A DNA stretch of 64,000 nucleotides from Squalus acanthias (lineage: Eukaryota). The notes under the pieces were generated by a model. That model was given only the letters and a program-made list of their open reading frames with translations, was not told the DNA's origin and made no database searches. Numbering within the stretch: position 1 is the stretch's first letter; each line of letters opens with the position of its first letter. Of the stretch, positions 11,680 to 26,600 are shown in pieces. The stretch spans positions 136,774,001 to 136,838,000 of the forward strand of contig CM059432.1 of assembly GCA_030390025.1 (NCBI GenBank). The letters are read 5' to 3'. Both the position numbers and the translations under genes were made by a program.

Positions 11680-14600
11680 ATACCCAGCTCACTCTTCCTC
11701 TCCCCCGAGCTCACACGAATTCTCCTCCACTCCCCCGAGCTCACACTAGAACTCTTCCTCTCCCCGAGCTCACACTAGCACTCTTCCTCTCCCCGAGCTC
11801 ACACTAGCACTCTTCCCCTCCCCCGAGCTCACACTAGCACTCTTCCTGTCCCCGAGCTCACACTAGCACTCTTCCTCTCCCCGAGCTCACACTAGCACTC
11901 TTCCTCTCCCCGAGCTCACACTAGCACTCTTCCTCTCCCCGAGCTCACACTAGCACTCTTCCTCTCCCCGAGCTCACACTAGCACTCTTCCTCTCCCCCG
12001 AGCTCACACTAGCACTCTTCCTCTCCCCGAGCTCACACTAGCACTCTTCCTCTCCCCGAGCTCACACTAGCACTCTTCCTCTCCCCGAGCTCACACTAGC
12101 ACTCTTCCTCTCCCCCGAGCTCACACTAGCACTCTTCCTCTCCCCGAGCTCACACTAGCACTCTTCCTCTCCCCGAGCTCACACTAGCACTCTTCCTCTC
12201 CCCGAGCTCACACTAGCACTCTTCCTCTCCCCCGAGCTCACACTAGCACTCTTCCTCTCCCCCGAGCTCACACTAGCACTCTTCCTCTCCCCGAGCTCAC
12301 ACTAGCACTCTTCCTCTCCCCCGAGCTCACACTAGCACTCTTCCTCTCCCCGAGCTCACACTAGCACTCTTCCTCTCCCCCGAGCTCACACTAGCACTCT
12401 TCCTCTCCCCGAGCTCACACTAGCACTCTTCCTCTCCCCGAGCTCACACTAGCACTCTTCCTCTCCCCGAGCTCACACTAGCACTCTTCCTCTCCTCCGA
12501 GCTCACACTAGCACTCTTCCTCTCCCCGAGCTCACACTAGCACTCTTCCTCTCCCCGAGCTCACACTAGCACTCTTCCTCTCCCCGAGCTCACACTAGCA
12601 CTCTTCCTCTCCCCGAGCTCACACTAGCACTCTTCCTCTCCCCGAGCTCACACTAGCACTCTTCCTCTCCCCCGAGCTCACACTAGCACTCTTCCTCTCC
12701 CCCGAGCTCACACTAGCACTCTTCCTCTCCCCGAGCTCACACTAGCACTCTTCCTCTCCCCCGAGCTCACACTAGCACTCTTCCTCTCCCCGAGCTCACA
12801 CTAGCACTCTTCCTCTCCCCGAGCTCACACTAGCACTCTTCCTCTCCCCGAGCTCACACTAGCACTCTTCCTCTCCCCCGAGCTCACACTAGCACTCTTC
12901 CTCTCCCCGAGCTCACACTAGCACTCTTCCTCTCCCCGAGCTCACACTAGCACTCTTCCTCTCCCCCGAGCTCACACTAGCACTCTTCCTCTCCCCGAGC
13001 TCACACTAGCACTCTTCCTCTCCCCGAGCTCACACTAGCACTCTTCCTCTCCCCCGAGCTCACACTAGCACTCTTCCTCTCCCCGAGCTCACACTAGCAC
13101 TCTTCCTCTCCCCCGAGCTCACACTAGCACTCTTCCTCTCCCCGAGCTCACACTAGCACTCTTCCTCTCCCCGAGCTCACACTAGCACTCTTCCTCTCCC
13201 CCGAGCTCACACTAGCACTCTTCCTCTCCCCGAGCTCACACTAGCACTCTTCCTCTCCCCGAGCTCACACTAGCACTCTTCCTCTCCCCTGAGCTCACAC
13301 TAGCACTCTTCCTCTCCCCCGAGCTCACACTAGCACTCTTCCTCTCCCCCGAGCTCACACTAGCACTCTTCCTCTCCCCTGAGCTCACACTAGCACTCTT
13401 CCTCTCCCCGAGCTCACACTAGCACTCTTCCTCTCCCCGAGCTCACACTAGCACTCTTCCTCTCCCCGAGCTCACACTAGCACTCTTCCTCTCCCCGAGC
13501 TCACACTAGCACTCTTCCTCTCCCCCGAGCTCACACTAGCACTCTTCCTCTCCCCCGAGCTCACACTAGCACTCTTCCTCTCCCCGAGCTCACACTAGCA
13601 CTCTTCCTCTCCCCCGAGCTCACACTAGCACTCTTCCTCTCCCCTGAGCTCACACTAGCACTCTTCCTCTCCCCCGAGCTCACACTAGCACTCTTCCTCT
13701 CCCCCGAGCTCACACTAGCACTCTTCCTCTCCGCCGAGCTCACACTACCACACTTCCTCTCCCGAGCTCACACTCGCGCTCTTCCTCTCCCCCGAGCTCA
13801 CATTAGCACTCTTCCTCTCCTCCAGCTCACACTAACACTCTTCCTCTCCCCCGAGCTCACACTAGCACTCATCCTCTCCCCCGAGCTCACACTAGCACTC
13901 TTCCTCTCACCTGAGCTCACACTAGCACTCCTCCTCTCCCCCGAGCTCACACTAGCACTCTTCCTCTCACCTGAGCTCACACTAGCACTCTTCCTCTCCC
14001 GCGAGCTGACACTAGCACTCTTCCTCTCCCCAGAACTCACACTAGCGCTCTTCCTCGCCCCCAAGCTCACACTAGCACTCTTCCTCTCCTCAGAGCTCAC
14101 ACTAGCACTCTTCCTCTCCCCCGAGCTCACACTAGCACTCGTCCTCTCCCCCGAGCTCACACTAGCACTCTTCCGCTCACCTGAGTTCACACTAGCAGTC
14201 TTCCTCAACTCTGAGCTCACACTAATACTCTTCCTCTCCCCTGAGCTCACACTAGCACTCTTCCTCTCCCCCGAGCTCACACTAGCACTCTTCCTCTCCC
14301 CCGAGCTCACACTAGCACTCTTCCTCTCCCCGAGCTCACACTAGCACTCTTCCTCTCCCCGAGCTCACACTAGCACTCTTCCTCTCCCCGAGCTCACACT
14401 AGCACTCTTCCTCTCCCCGAGCTCACACTAGCACTCTTCCTCTCCCCGAGCTCACACTAGCACTCTTCCTCTCCCCGAGCTCACACTAGCACTCTTCCTC
14501 TCCCCGAGCTCACACTAGCACTCTTCCTCTCCCCGAGCTCACACTAGCACTCTTCCTCTCCCCGAGCTCACACTAGCACTCTTCCTCTCCCCGAGCTCAC

Positions 14601-17600
14601 ACTAGCACTCTTCCTCTCCCCGAGCTCACACTAGCACTCTTCCTCTCCCCCGAGCTCACACTAGCACTCTTCCTCTCCCCCGAGCTCACACTAGCACTCT
14701 TCCTCTCCCCCGAGCTCACACTAGCACTCTTCCTCTCCCCCGAGCTCACACTAGCACTCTTCCTCTCCCCGAGCTCACACTAGCACTCTTCCTCTCCCCG
14801 AGCTCACACTAGCACTCTTCCTCTCCCCCGAGCTCACACTAGCACTCTTCCTCTCCCCTGAGCTCACACTAGCACTCTTCCTCTCCCCGAGCTCACACTA
14901 GCACTCTTCCTCTCCCCGAGCTCACACTAGCACTCTTCCTCTCCCCGAGCTCACACTAGCACTCTTCCTCTCCCCCGAGCTCACACTAGCACTCTTCCTC
15001 TCCCCGAGCTCACACTAGCACTCTTCCTCTCCCCGAGCTCACACTAGCACTCTTCCTCTCCCCCGAGCTCACACTAGCACTCTTCCTCTCCCCGAGCTCA
15101 CACTAGCACTCTTCCTCTCCCCCGAGCTCACACTAGCACTCTTCCTCTCCCCGAGCTCACACTAGCACTCTTCCTCTCCCCCGAGCTCACACTAGCACTC
15201 TTCCTCTCCCCGAGCTCACACTAGCACTCTTCCTCTCCCCGAGCTCACACTAGCACTCTTCCTCTCCCCGAGCTCACACTAGCACTCTTCCTCTCCCCGA
15301 GCTCACACTAGCACTCTTCCTCTCCCCCGAGCTCACACTAGCACTCTTCCTCTCCCCGAGCTCACACTAGCACTCTTCCTCTCCCCGAGCTCACACTAGC
15401 ACTCTTCCTCTCCCCGAGCTCACACTAGCACTCTTCCTCTCCCCCGAGCTCACACTAGCACTCTTCCTCTCCCCGAGCTCACACTAGCACTCTTCCTCTC
15501 CCCGAGCTCACACTAGCACTCTTCCTCTCCCCCGAGCTCACACTAGCACTCTTCCTCTCCCCCGAGCTCACACTAGCACTCTTCCTCTCCCCCGAGCTCA
15601 CACTAGCACTCTTCCTCTCCCCGAGCTCACACTAGCACTCTTCCTCTCCCCGAGCTCACACTAGCACTCTTCCTCTCCCCCGAGCTCACACTAGCACTCT
15701 TCCTCTCTCCCGAGCTCACACTAGCACTCTTCCTCTCCCCGAGCTCACACTAGCACTCTTCCTCTCCCCCGAGCTCACACTAGCACTCTTCCTCTCCCCG
15801 AGCTCACACTAGCACTCTTCCTCTCCCCGAGCTCACACTAGCACTCTTCCTCTCCCCGAGCTCACACTAGCACTCTTCCTCTCCCCCGAGCTCACACTAG
15901 CACTCTTCCTCTCCCCGAGCTCACACTAGCACTCTTCCTCTCCCCGAGCTCACACTAGCACTCTTCCTCTCCCCCGAGCTCACACTAGCACTCTTCCTCT
16001 CCCCGAGCTCACACTAGCACTCTTCCTCTCCCCGAGCTCACACTAGCACTCTTCCTCTCCCCGAGCTCACACTAGCACTCTTCCTCTCCCCGAGCTCACA
16101 CTAGCACTCTTCCTCTCCCCGAGCTCACACTAGCACTCTTCCTCTCCCCGAGCTCACACTAGCACTCTTCCTCTCCCCGAGCTCACACTAGCACTCTTCC
16201 TCTCCCCGAGCTCACACTAGCACTCTTCCTCTCCCCGAGCTCACACTAGCACTCTTCCTCTCCCCGAGCTCACACTAGCACTCTTCCTCTCCTCCGAGCT
16301 CACACTAGCACTCTTCCTCTCCCCAGAGCTCACACTAGCACTCTTCCTCTCCCCCGAGCTCACACTAGCACTCTTCCTCTCCCCCGAGCTCACACTAGCA
16401 CTCTTCCTCTCCCCGAGCTCACACTAGCACTCTTCCTCTCCCCGAGCTCACACTAGCACTCTTCCTCTCCCCGAGCTCACACTAGCACTCTTCCTCTCCC
16501 CCGAGCTCACACTAGCACTCTTCCTCTCCCCGAGCTCACACTAGCACTCTTCCTCTCCCCCGAGCTCACACTAGCACTCTTCCTCTCCCCCGAGCTCACA
16601 CTAGCACTCTTCCTCTCCCCGAGCTCACACTAGCACTCTTCCTCTCCCCGAGCTCACACTAGCACTCTTCCTCTCCCCCGAGCTCACACTAGCACTCTTC
16701 CTCTCCCCCGACTGCACACTAGCACTCTTCCTCTCCCCCGAGCTCACACTAGCACACTTCCTCTCCCCCGAGCTCACACTAGCAGTCTTCCTCTCCCCCG
16801 ACCGCACACTAGCACTCTTCGTCTCCTCAGAGCTCACACTAGCACTCTTCCTCTCCCCCGAGCTCACACTAGCAGTCTTCCTGTCCCCCAAGCTCACACT
16901 AGCAATCTTCCTCTCCTCCTAGCTCACACTAGCACTGTACCTCTCCCCCGAGCTCACAGTAGCACACTTCCTCTCCCCCGAGTTCACACTAGCACTCTTC
17001 CTCTCCCCCAAGCTCACACTAGCACTCTTTCCCTCCCCAGAACTCACACTAGCAGTCTTCCTCAACTCTGAGCTCACACTAATACTCATCCTCTCACCTG
17101 AGCTCACACTAGCACTCTTCCTCTCCCCCGAGCTCACACTAGCACTCTTCCTATCCACCGAGCTCACACTAGCACTCTTCCTCTCCCCCGAGCTTACACT
17201 AGCACTCTTCCTCTCCCCCGAGCTCACACTAGCACTCTTCCTCTCCCCCGAGCTCACACTAGCACTCTTCCTCTCCCCGAGCTCACACTAGCACTCTTCC
17301 TCTCCCTCCGAGCTCACACTAGCACTCTTCCTCTCCCCGAGCTCACACTAGCACTCTTCCTCTCCCCGAGCTCACACTAGCACTCTTCCTCTCCCCCGAG
17401 CTCACACTAGCACTCTTCCTCTCCCCCGAGCTCACACTAGCACTCTTCCTCTCCCCGAGCTCACACTCGCACTCTTCCTCTCCCCCGAGCTCACACTAGC
17501 ACTCTTCCACTCCCCCGAGCTCACACTAGCACTCTTCTCTCCCCCGAGGTCACACTAGCACTCTTCCTCTCCCCCGAGCTCACACTAGCACTCTTCCTCT

Positions 17601-20600
17601 CGCCCGAGCTCACACTAGCACTCTTCCTCTCCCCCGAGCTCACACTAGCACTCTTCCCCTCCCCCGAGCTCACACTAGCACTCTTCCTCTCCCCCGAGCT
17701 CACACTAGCACTCTTCCTCTCCTCCAGCTCACACTAGCACTTCCTCTCTCCCCTAGCTCACACTAGCACTCTTCCTCTCTCCCCTGAGCTCACACTAGCA
17801 CTCTTCCTCTCCCCCGAGCTCACACTAGCGCTCTTCCTCTCCCCCGAGCTCACACTAGCACTCTTCCTCTCCCCCGAGCTCACACTAGCACTCTTCCTCT
17901 CCCCCGAGCTCACACTAGCACTCTTCCCCTCCCCCGAGCTCACACTAGCACTCTTCCTCTCCCCCGAGCTCACACTAGCACTCTTCCTCTCCTCCAGCTC
18001 ACACTAGCACTCTTCCTCTCCCCGAGCTCACACTAGCACTCTTCCTCTCCCCCGAGCTCACACTAGCACTCTTCCTCTCACCTGAGCTCACACTAGCACT
18101 CTCCTCTCCCCCGAGCTCACACTAGCACTCTTCCTCTCACCTGAGCTCACACTAGCACTCTTCCTCTCCCCGAGCTCACACTAGCACTCTTCCTCTCCCC
18201 AGAGCTCACACTAGCACTCTTCCTCTCCCCGAGCTCACACTAGCACTCTTCCTCTCCCCGAGCTCACACTAGCACTCTTCCTCTCCCCCGAGCTCACACT
18301 AGCACTCTTCCTCTCCCCCGAGCTCACACTAGCACTCTTCCTCTCCCCGAGCTCACACTAGCACTCTTCCTCTCCCCTGAGCTCACACTAGCACTCTTCC
18401 TCTCCCCGAGCTCACACTAGCACTCTTCCTCTCCCCGAGCTCACACTAGCACTCTTCCTCTCCCCCGAGCTCACACTAGCACTCTTCCTCTCCCCCGAGC
18501 TCACACTAGCACTCTTCCTCTCCCCCGAGCTCACACTAGCACTCTTCCTCTCCCCCGAGCTCACACTAGCACTCTTCCTCTCCCCGAGCTCACACTAGCA
18601 CTCTTCCTCTCCCCGAGCTCACACTAGCACTCTTCCTCTCCCCGAGCTCACACTAGCACTCTTCCTCTCCCCGAGCTCACACTAGCACTCTTCCTCTCCC
18701 CGAGCTCACACTAGCACTCTTCCTCTCCCCCGAGCTCACACTAGCACTCTTCCTCTCCCCGAGCTCACACTAGCACTCTTCCTCTCCCCGAGCTCACACT
18801 AGCACTCTTCCTCTCCCCCGAGCTCACACTAGCACTCTTCCTCTCCCCCGAGCTCACACTAGCACTCTTCCTCTCCCCCGAGCTCACACTAGCACTCTTC
18901 CTCTCCCCCGAGCTCACACTAGCACTCTTCCTCTCCCCGAGCTCACACTAGCACTCTTCCTCTCCCCCGAGCTCACACTAGCACTCTTCTCTCCCCCGAG
19001 CTCACACTAGCACTCTTCCTCTCCCCCGAGCTCACACTAGCACTCTTCCTCTCCCCCGAGCTCACACTAGCACTCTTCCTCTCCCCGAGCTCACACTAGC
19101 ACTCTTCCTCTCCCCGAGCTCACACTAGCACTCTTCCTCTCCCCCGAGCTCACACTAGCACTCTTCCTCTCCCCCGAGCTCACACTAGCACTCTTCCTCT
19201 CCCCGAGCACACTAGCACTCTCCTCTCCCCTGAGCTCACACTAGCACTCTTCCTCTCCACCGAGCTCACACTAGCACTCTTCCTCTCCCCCTGAGCTCAC
19301 ACTAGCACTCTTCCTCTCCCCCGAGCTCACACTAGCACTCTTCCTCTCCCCGAGCTCACACTAGCACTCTTCCTCTCCCCCGAGCTCACACTAGCACTCT
19401 TCCTCTCCCCCGAGCTCACACTAGCACTCTTCCTCTCCCCCAGCTCACACTAGCACTTTCCTCTCCCCGAGCTCACACTAGCACTCTTCCTCTCCCCGAG
19501 CTCACACTAGCACTCTTCCTCTCCCCTGAGCTCACACATGCACTCTTCCTCTCCCCGAGCTCACACTAGCACTCTTCCTCTCCCCCGAGCTCACACTAGC
19601 ACTCTTCCTCTCCCCGAGCTCACACTAGCACTCTTCCTCTCCCCGAGCTCACACTAGCACTCTTCCTCTCCCCGAGCTCACACTAGCACTCTTCCTCTCC
19701 CCGAGCTCACACTAGCACTCTTCCTGTCCCCCGAGCTCACACTAGCACTCTACCTCTCCCCCGAGCTCACACTAGCACTCTTCCTCTCTCCAGAGCTCAC
19801 ACTAGCACTCTTCCTCTCCCCCGAGCTCACACTAACACTCTTCCTGTCCCCCGAGCTCACACTAGCACTCTACCTCTCCCCGAGCTCACACTAGCACTCT
19901 TCCTCTCCCCTGAGCTCACACTAGCAGTCTTCCTCTCCCCTGAGCTCACACTAGCACTCTTCCTCTCACCAGAGCTCACACTAGCACTCTTCCTCTCCCC
20001 TGAGCTCACACTTGCACTCTTCCTCTCCCCGGAGCTCACACTAGCACTCTTCCTCTCCCCCGAGCTCACACTAGCACTCTTACTCTCCTCCGAGCTCACA
20101 CTAGCAATCTTCCTCTCCCCAGAACTCACACTAGCAGTCTTCCTCTCCCCTGATCTCACACTAGCACTCTTCCTCTCCCCCGAGCTCACACTAACACTCT
20201 TCCTCTCCCCTGAGCTCACACTAGCACTCTTCCTCTCCCCTGAGCTCACACTAGCACTCTTCCTCTCCCCCGAGCTCACACTAGCACTCTTCCTCTCCCC
20301 GAGCTCACACTAGCACTCTTCCTCTCCCCGAGCTCACACTAGCACTCTTCCTCTCCCCGAGCTCACACTAGCACTCTTCCTCTCCCCTGAGCTCACACTA
20401 GCACTCTTCCTCTCCCCTGAGCTCACACTAGCACTCTTCCTCTCCCCGAGCTCACACTAGCACTCTTCCTCTCCCCGAGCTCACACTAGCACTCTTCCTC
20501 TCCCCCGAGCTCACACTAGCACTCTTCCTCTCCCCTGAGCTCACACTAGCACTCTTCCTCTCCCCTGAGCTCACACTAGCACTCTTCCTCTCCCCCGAGC

Positions 20601-23600
20601 TCACACTAGCACTCTTCCTCTCCCCGAGCTCACACTAGCACTCTTCCTCTCCCCCGAGCTCACACTAGCACTCTTCCTCTCCCCGAGCTCACACTAGCAC
20701 TCTTCCTCTCCCCCGAGCTCACACTAGCACTCTTCCTCTCCCCGAGCTCACACTAGCACTCTTCCTCTCCCCGAGCTCACACTAGCACTCTTCCTCTCCC
20801 CTGAGCTCACACTAGCACTCTTCCTCTCCCCGGAGCTCACACTAGCACTCTTCCTCTCCCCTGAGCTCACACTTGCACTCTTCCTCTCCCCCGAGCTCAC
20901 ACTACCACTCTTACTCTCCCCCGAGCTCACCCTAGCAATCTTCCTCTCCTCAGATCTCACACTAGCACTCTTCCTCTCCCCCGAGCTCACACTAGCACTC
21001 TTCCTCTCCCCTGAGCTCACACTAGCACTCTTCCTCTCCCCCGAGCTCACACTAACACTCTTCCTCTCCCCTGAGCTCACACTAGCACTCTTCCTCTCCC
21101 CTGAGCTCACACTCGCACTCTTCCTCTCCCCAGAACTCACACTAGCACTCTTCCTCTCCCCTGAGCTCACACTCGCACTCTTCCTCTCCCCGGAGCTCAC
21201 ACTAGCACTCTTCCTCTCCCCGGAGATCACACTCACACTCTTCCTCTCCCCCGAGCTCACACTAGCAGACTTCCTCTCCCCGAGCTCACACTAGCACTGT
21301 TCCTGTCCCCTGTGCTCACACTAGCATTCTTCCTGTCCCCCGAGCTCACACTAGCACTCTTCCTGACCCCCGAGCTCACACTAGCACTCTTCCCATCCCG
21401 GAGCTTACACTAGCACTCTTCCTCTCCCCTGAGCTCACACTAGCACACCTCCTCTCCCCCGAGCTCACACTAGCACTCTTCCTCTCTCTCGAGCTCACAC
21501 TCGCACTCCTCCTCTCCCCCGAGCTCACACTAGCACACTTCCTCTCCCCGAGCTCACACTAGCACTGTTCCTGTCCCCTGAGCTCACACTAGCATTCTTC
21601 CTGTCCCCCGAGCTCACACTAGCACTCTACCTCTCCCCGAGCTCACACTAGCACTCTTCCTCTCACCAGAGCTCACACTAGCACTCTTCCTCTCCCCTGA
21701 GCTCACACTAGCACTCTTCCTCTCCCCCGAGCTCACACTAGCACTCTTCCTCTCCCCGAGCTCACACTAGCACTCTTCCTCTCCCCGAGCTCACACTAGC
21801 ACTCTTCCTCTCCCCTGAGCTCACACTAGCACTCTTCCTCTCCCCGAGCTCACACTAGCACTCTTCCTCTCCCCTGAGCTCACACTAGCACTCTTCCTCT
21901 CCCCTGAGCTCACACTAGCACTCTTCCTCTCCCCGAGCTCACACTAGCACTCTTCCTCTCCCCTGAGCTCACACTAGCACTCTTCCTCTCCCCCGAGCTC
22001 ACACTAGCACTCTTCCTCTCCCCTGAGCTCACACTAGCACTCTTCCTCTCCTCCGAGCTCACACTAGCACTCTTCCTCTCCCCAGAGCTCACACTAGCAC
22101 TCTTCCTCTCCCCGAGCTCACACTAGCACTCTTCCTCTCCCCCGAGCTCACACTGCACTCTTCCTCTCCCCGAGCTCACACTAGCACTCTTCCTCTCCCC
22201 TGAGCTCACACTAGCACTCTTCCTCTCCCCAGAGCTCACACTAGCACTCTTCCTCTCCCCGAGCTCACACTAGCACTCTTCCTCTCCCCGAGCTCACACT
22301 AGCACTCTTCCTCTCCCCTGAGCTCACACTAGCACTCTTCCTCTCCCCTGAGCTCACACTAGCACTCTTCCTCTCCCTCGAGCTCACACTAGCACTCTTC
22401 CTCTCCCCTGAGCTCACACTAGCACTCTTCCTCTCCCCAGAGCTCACACTAGCACTCTTCCTCTCCCCTGAGCTCACACTAGCACTCTTCCTCTCCCCTG
22501 AGCTCACACTAGCACTCTTCCTCTCCCCTGAGCTCACACTAGCACTCTTCCTCTCCCCGAGCTCACACTAGCACTCTTCCTCTCCCCAGAGCTCACACTA
22601 GCACTCTTCCTCTCCCCTGAGCTCACACTAGCACTCTTCCTCTCCCCGAGCTCACACTAGCACTCTTCCTCTCCCCTGAGCTCACACTAGCACTCTTCCT
22701 CTCCCCCGAGCTCACACTAGCACTCTTCCTCTCCCCGAGCTCACACTAGCACTCTTCCTCTCCCCGAGCTCACACTAGCACTCTTCCTCTCCCACGAGCT
22801 CACACTAGCACTCTTCCTCTCCCCAAGCTCACACTAGCAGTCTTCCTCTCCCCGAGCTCACACTAGCACTCTTCCTCTCCCCGGAGCTCACACTAGCACT
22901 CTTCCTCTCCCCTGAGCTCACACTAGCACTCTTCCTCTCCCCGGAGCTCACACTAGCACTCTTCCTCTCCCCTGAGCTCACACTAGCACTCTTCCTCTCC
23001 CCGAGCTCACACTAGCACTCTTCCTCTCCCCCGAGCTCACACTAGCACTCTTCCTCTCCTCAGAGCTCACACTAGCACTCTTCCTCTCCCCCGAGCTCAC
23101 ACTAGCACTCTTCCTCTCCCCCGAGCTCACACTAGCACTCTTCCTCTCCCCTGAGCTCACACTTCCACTCTTCCTCTCCCCTGAGCTCACACTAGCACTC
23201 TTCCTCTCCCCGGAGCTCACACTAGCACTCTTCCTCTCCCCTGAGCTCACACTAGCACTCTTCCTCTCCCCGAGCTCACACTAGCACTCTTCCTCTCCCC
23301 CGAGATCACACTAGCAATCTTCCTCTCCCCGAGCTCACACTAGCACTCTTCCTCTCCCCTGAGCTCACACTCGCACTCTTCCTCTCCCCAGAACTCACAC
23401 TAGCACTCTTCCTCTCCCCTGAGCTCACACTTGCATTCTTCCTCTCCCCTGAGCTCACACTAGCACTCTTCCTCTCCCCGAGCTCACACTAGCACTCTTC
23501 CTCTCCCCCGAGCTCACACTAGCACTCTTCCTCTCCCCTGAGCTCACACTAGCACTCTTCCTCTCCCCCGAGCTCACACTTGCACTCTTCCTCTCCCCTG

Positions 23601-26600
23601 AGCTCACACTAGCACTCTTCCTCTCCCCCGAGCTGACACTAGCACTCTTCCTCTACTCCCGAGCTCACACTAGCACTCTTCCTCTCCCCCGAGCTCACAC
23701 TAGCACTCTTCCTCTCCCCCGAGCTCACACTAACACTCTTCCTCTCCACTGAACTCACACTAGCACTCTTCCTCTCCCCGGAGCTCACACTAGCACTCTT
23801 ACTCTCCTCCGAGATCACACTAGCAATCTTCCTCTCCCCAGAACTCACACTAGCAGTCTTCCTCTCCCCTGATCTCACACTAGCACTCTTCCTCTCCCCC
23901 GAGCTCACACTAACACTCTTCCTCTCCACTGAGCTCACACTAGCACTCTTCCTCTCCCCTGAGCTCACACTAGCAATCTGCCTCTCCCCAGAACTCACAC
24001 TAGCACTCTTCCTCTCCCCCGAGCTCACACTAGCACTCTTCCTCTCCCCTGAGCTCACACTAGCACTCTTCCTCTCCCCCGAGCTCACACTAATACTCTT
24101 CCTCTCCACTGAGCTCACACTAACACTCTTCCTCTCCACTGAGCTCACACTAGCACTCTTCCTCTCCCTCGAGCTTACCCTAGCACTCTTCCTCTCCCCT
24201 GAGCTCACACTAGCAATCTTCCTCTCCCCAGAACTCACACTAGCACTCTTCCTCTCCCCTGAGCTCACACTTGCACTCTTCCTCTCCCCTGAGCTCACAC
24301 TAGCACTCTTCCTCTCCCCGGAGCTCACACTAGCACTCTCCCTCTCCCCCGAGCTCACACTTGCACTCTTCCTCTCCCCCGAGCTCACACTAGCACTCTT
24401 CCTCTCCCCATGCTCACACTAGCACTCTACCTCTCCCCCGAGCTCACACTAGCACTCTTCCTCTCCCCGAGCTCACACTAGCACTCTTCCTCTCCCCCGA
24501 GCTCACACTAGCACTCTTCCTCTCCCCGGAGCTCACACTAGCACTCTTCCTCTCCCCTGAGCTCACACTTCCACTCTTCCTCTCCCCTGAGCTCACACTA
24601 GCACTCTTCCTCTCCCCGGAGCTCACACTAGCACTCTTCCTCTCCCCTGAGCTCACACTTGCACTCTTCCTCTCCCCCGAGCTCACACTACCACTCTTAC
24701 TCTCCCCCGAGATCACCCTAGCAATCTTCCTCTCCTCAGAACTCACACTAGCACTCTTCCTCTCCCCCGAGCTCACACTAACACTCTTCCTCTCCACTGA
24801 GCTCACACTAGCACTCTTCCTCTCCCCCGAGCTCACACTAACACTCTTCCTCTCCCCTGAGCTCACACTAGCACTCTTCCTCTCCCCTGAGCTCACACTC
24901 GCAATCTTCCTCTCCCCAGAACTCACACTAGCACTCTTCCTCTCCCCTGAGCTCACACTCACACTCTTCCTCTCCCCGGAGCTCACACTAGCACTCTTCC
25001 TCTCCCCGGAGATCACACTCACACTCTTCCTCTCCCCGAGCTCACACTAGCAGACTTCCTCTCCCCGAGCTCACACTAGCACTGTTCCTGTCCCCTGTGC
25101 TCACACTAGCATTCTTCCTGTCCCCCGAGCTCACACTAGCACTCTTCCTGACCCCCGAGCTCACACTAGCACTCTTCCCATCCCGGAGCTTACACTAGCA
25201 CTCTTCCTCTCCACTGAGCTCACACTAGCACACCTCCTCTCCCCCGAGCTCACACTAGCACTCTTCCTCTCTCTCGAGCTCACACTCGCACTCCTCCTCT
25301 CCCCCGAGCTCACACTAGCACACTTCCTCTCCCCGAGCTCACACTAGCACTGTTCCTGTCCCCTGAGCTCACACTAGCATTCTTCCTGTCCCCCGAGCTC
25401 ACACTAGCACTCTACCTCTCCCCCGAGCTCACACTAGCACTCTTCCTCTCTCCAGAGCTCACACTAGCACTCTTCCTCTCCCCTGAGCTCACACTAGCAC
25501 TCTTCCTGTCCCCCGAGCTCACACTAGCACTCTACCTCTCCCCGAGCTCACACTAGCACTTTTCCTCTCCCCCGAGCTCACACTAGCACTCTTCCTCTCC
25601 CCTGAGCTCACACTGGCACTCTTCCTCTCCCCGGAGCTCACACTAGCACTCTTCCTCTCCCCTGAGCTCACACTTCCACTCTTCCTCTCCCCTGAGCTCA
25701 CACTAGCACTCTTCCTCTCACCGGAGCTCACACTAGCACTCTTCCTCTCCCCTGAGCTCACACTTGCACTCTTCCTCTCCCCGGAGCTCACACTAGCACT
25801 CTTCCTCTCCCCTGAGCTCACACTAGCACTCTTACTCTCCTCCGAGATCACACTAGCAATCTTCCTCTCCCCAGAACTCACACTAGCATTCTTCCTCTCC
25901 CCTGATCTCACACTAGCACTCTTCCTCTCCCCCGAGCTCACACTAACACTCTTCCTCTCCACTGAGCTCACACTAGCACTCTTCCTCTCCCCTGAGCTCA
26001 CACTAGCAATCTTCCTCTCCCCAGAACTCACACTAGCACTCTTCCTCTCCCTCGAGCTCACCCTAGCACTCTTCCTCTCCCCCGAGCTCACACTAACACT
26101 CTTCCTCTCCACTGAGCTCACACTAACACTCTTCCTCTCCACTGAGCTCACACTAGCATTCTTCCTCTCCCTCGAGCTCACCCTAGCACTCTTCCTCTCC
26201 CCTGAGCTCACACTAGCAATCTTCCTCTCCCCAGAACTCACACTAGCACTCTTCCTCTCCCCTGAGCTCACACTAGCACTCTTCCTCTCCCCTGAGCTCA
26301 CACTAGCACTCTTCCTCTCCCCTGAGCTCACACTAGCACTCTTCCTCTCCCCGAGCTCACACTAGCACTCTTCCTCTCCCCAAGCTCACACTAGCAGTCT
26401 TCCTCTCCCCTGAGCTCACACTAGCACTCTTCCTCTCCCCCGAGCTCACACTTGCACTCTTCCTCTCCCCTGAGCTCACACTAGCACTCTCCCTCTCCCC
26501 CGAGCTCACACTTGCACTCTTCCTCTCCCCGAGCTCACACTAGCACTCTTCCTCTCCCCGTGCTCACACTAGCACTCTTCCTCTCCCCAGAGCTCACACT

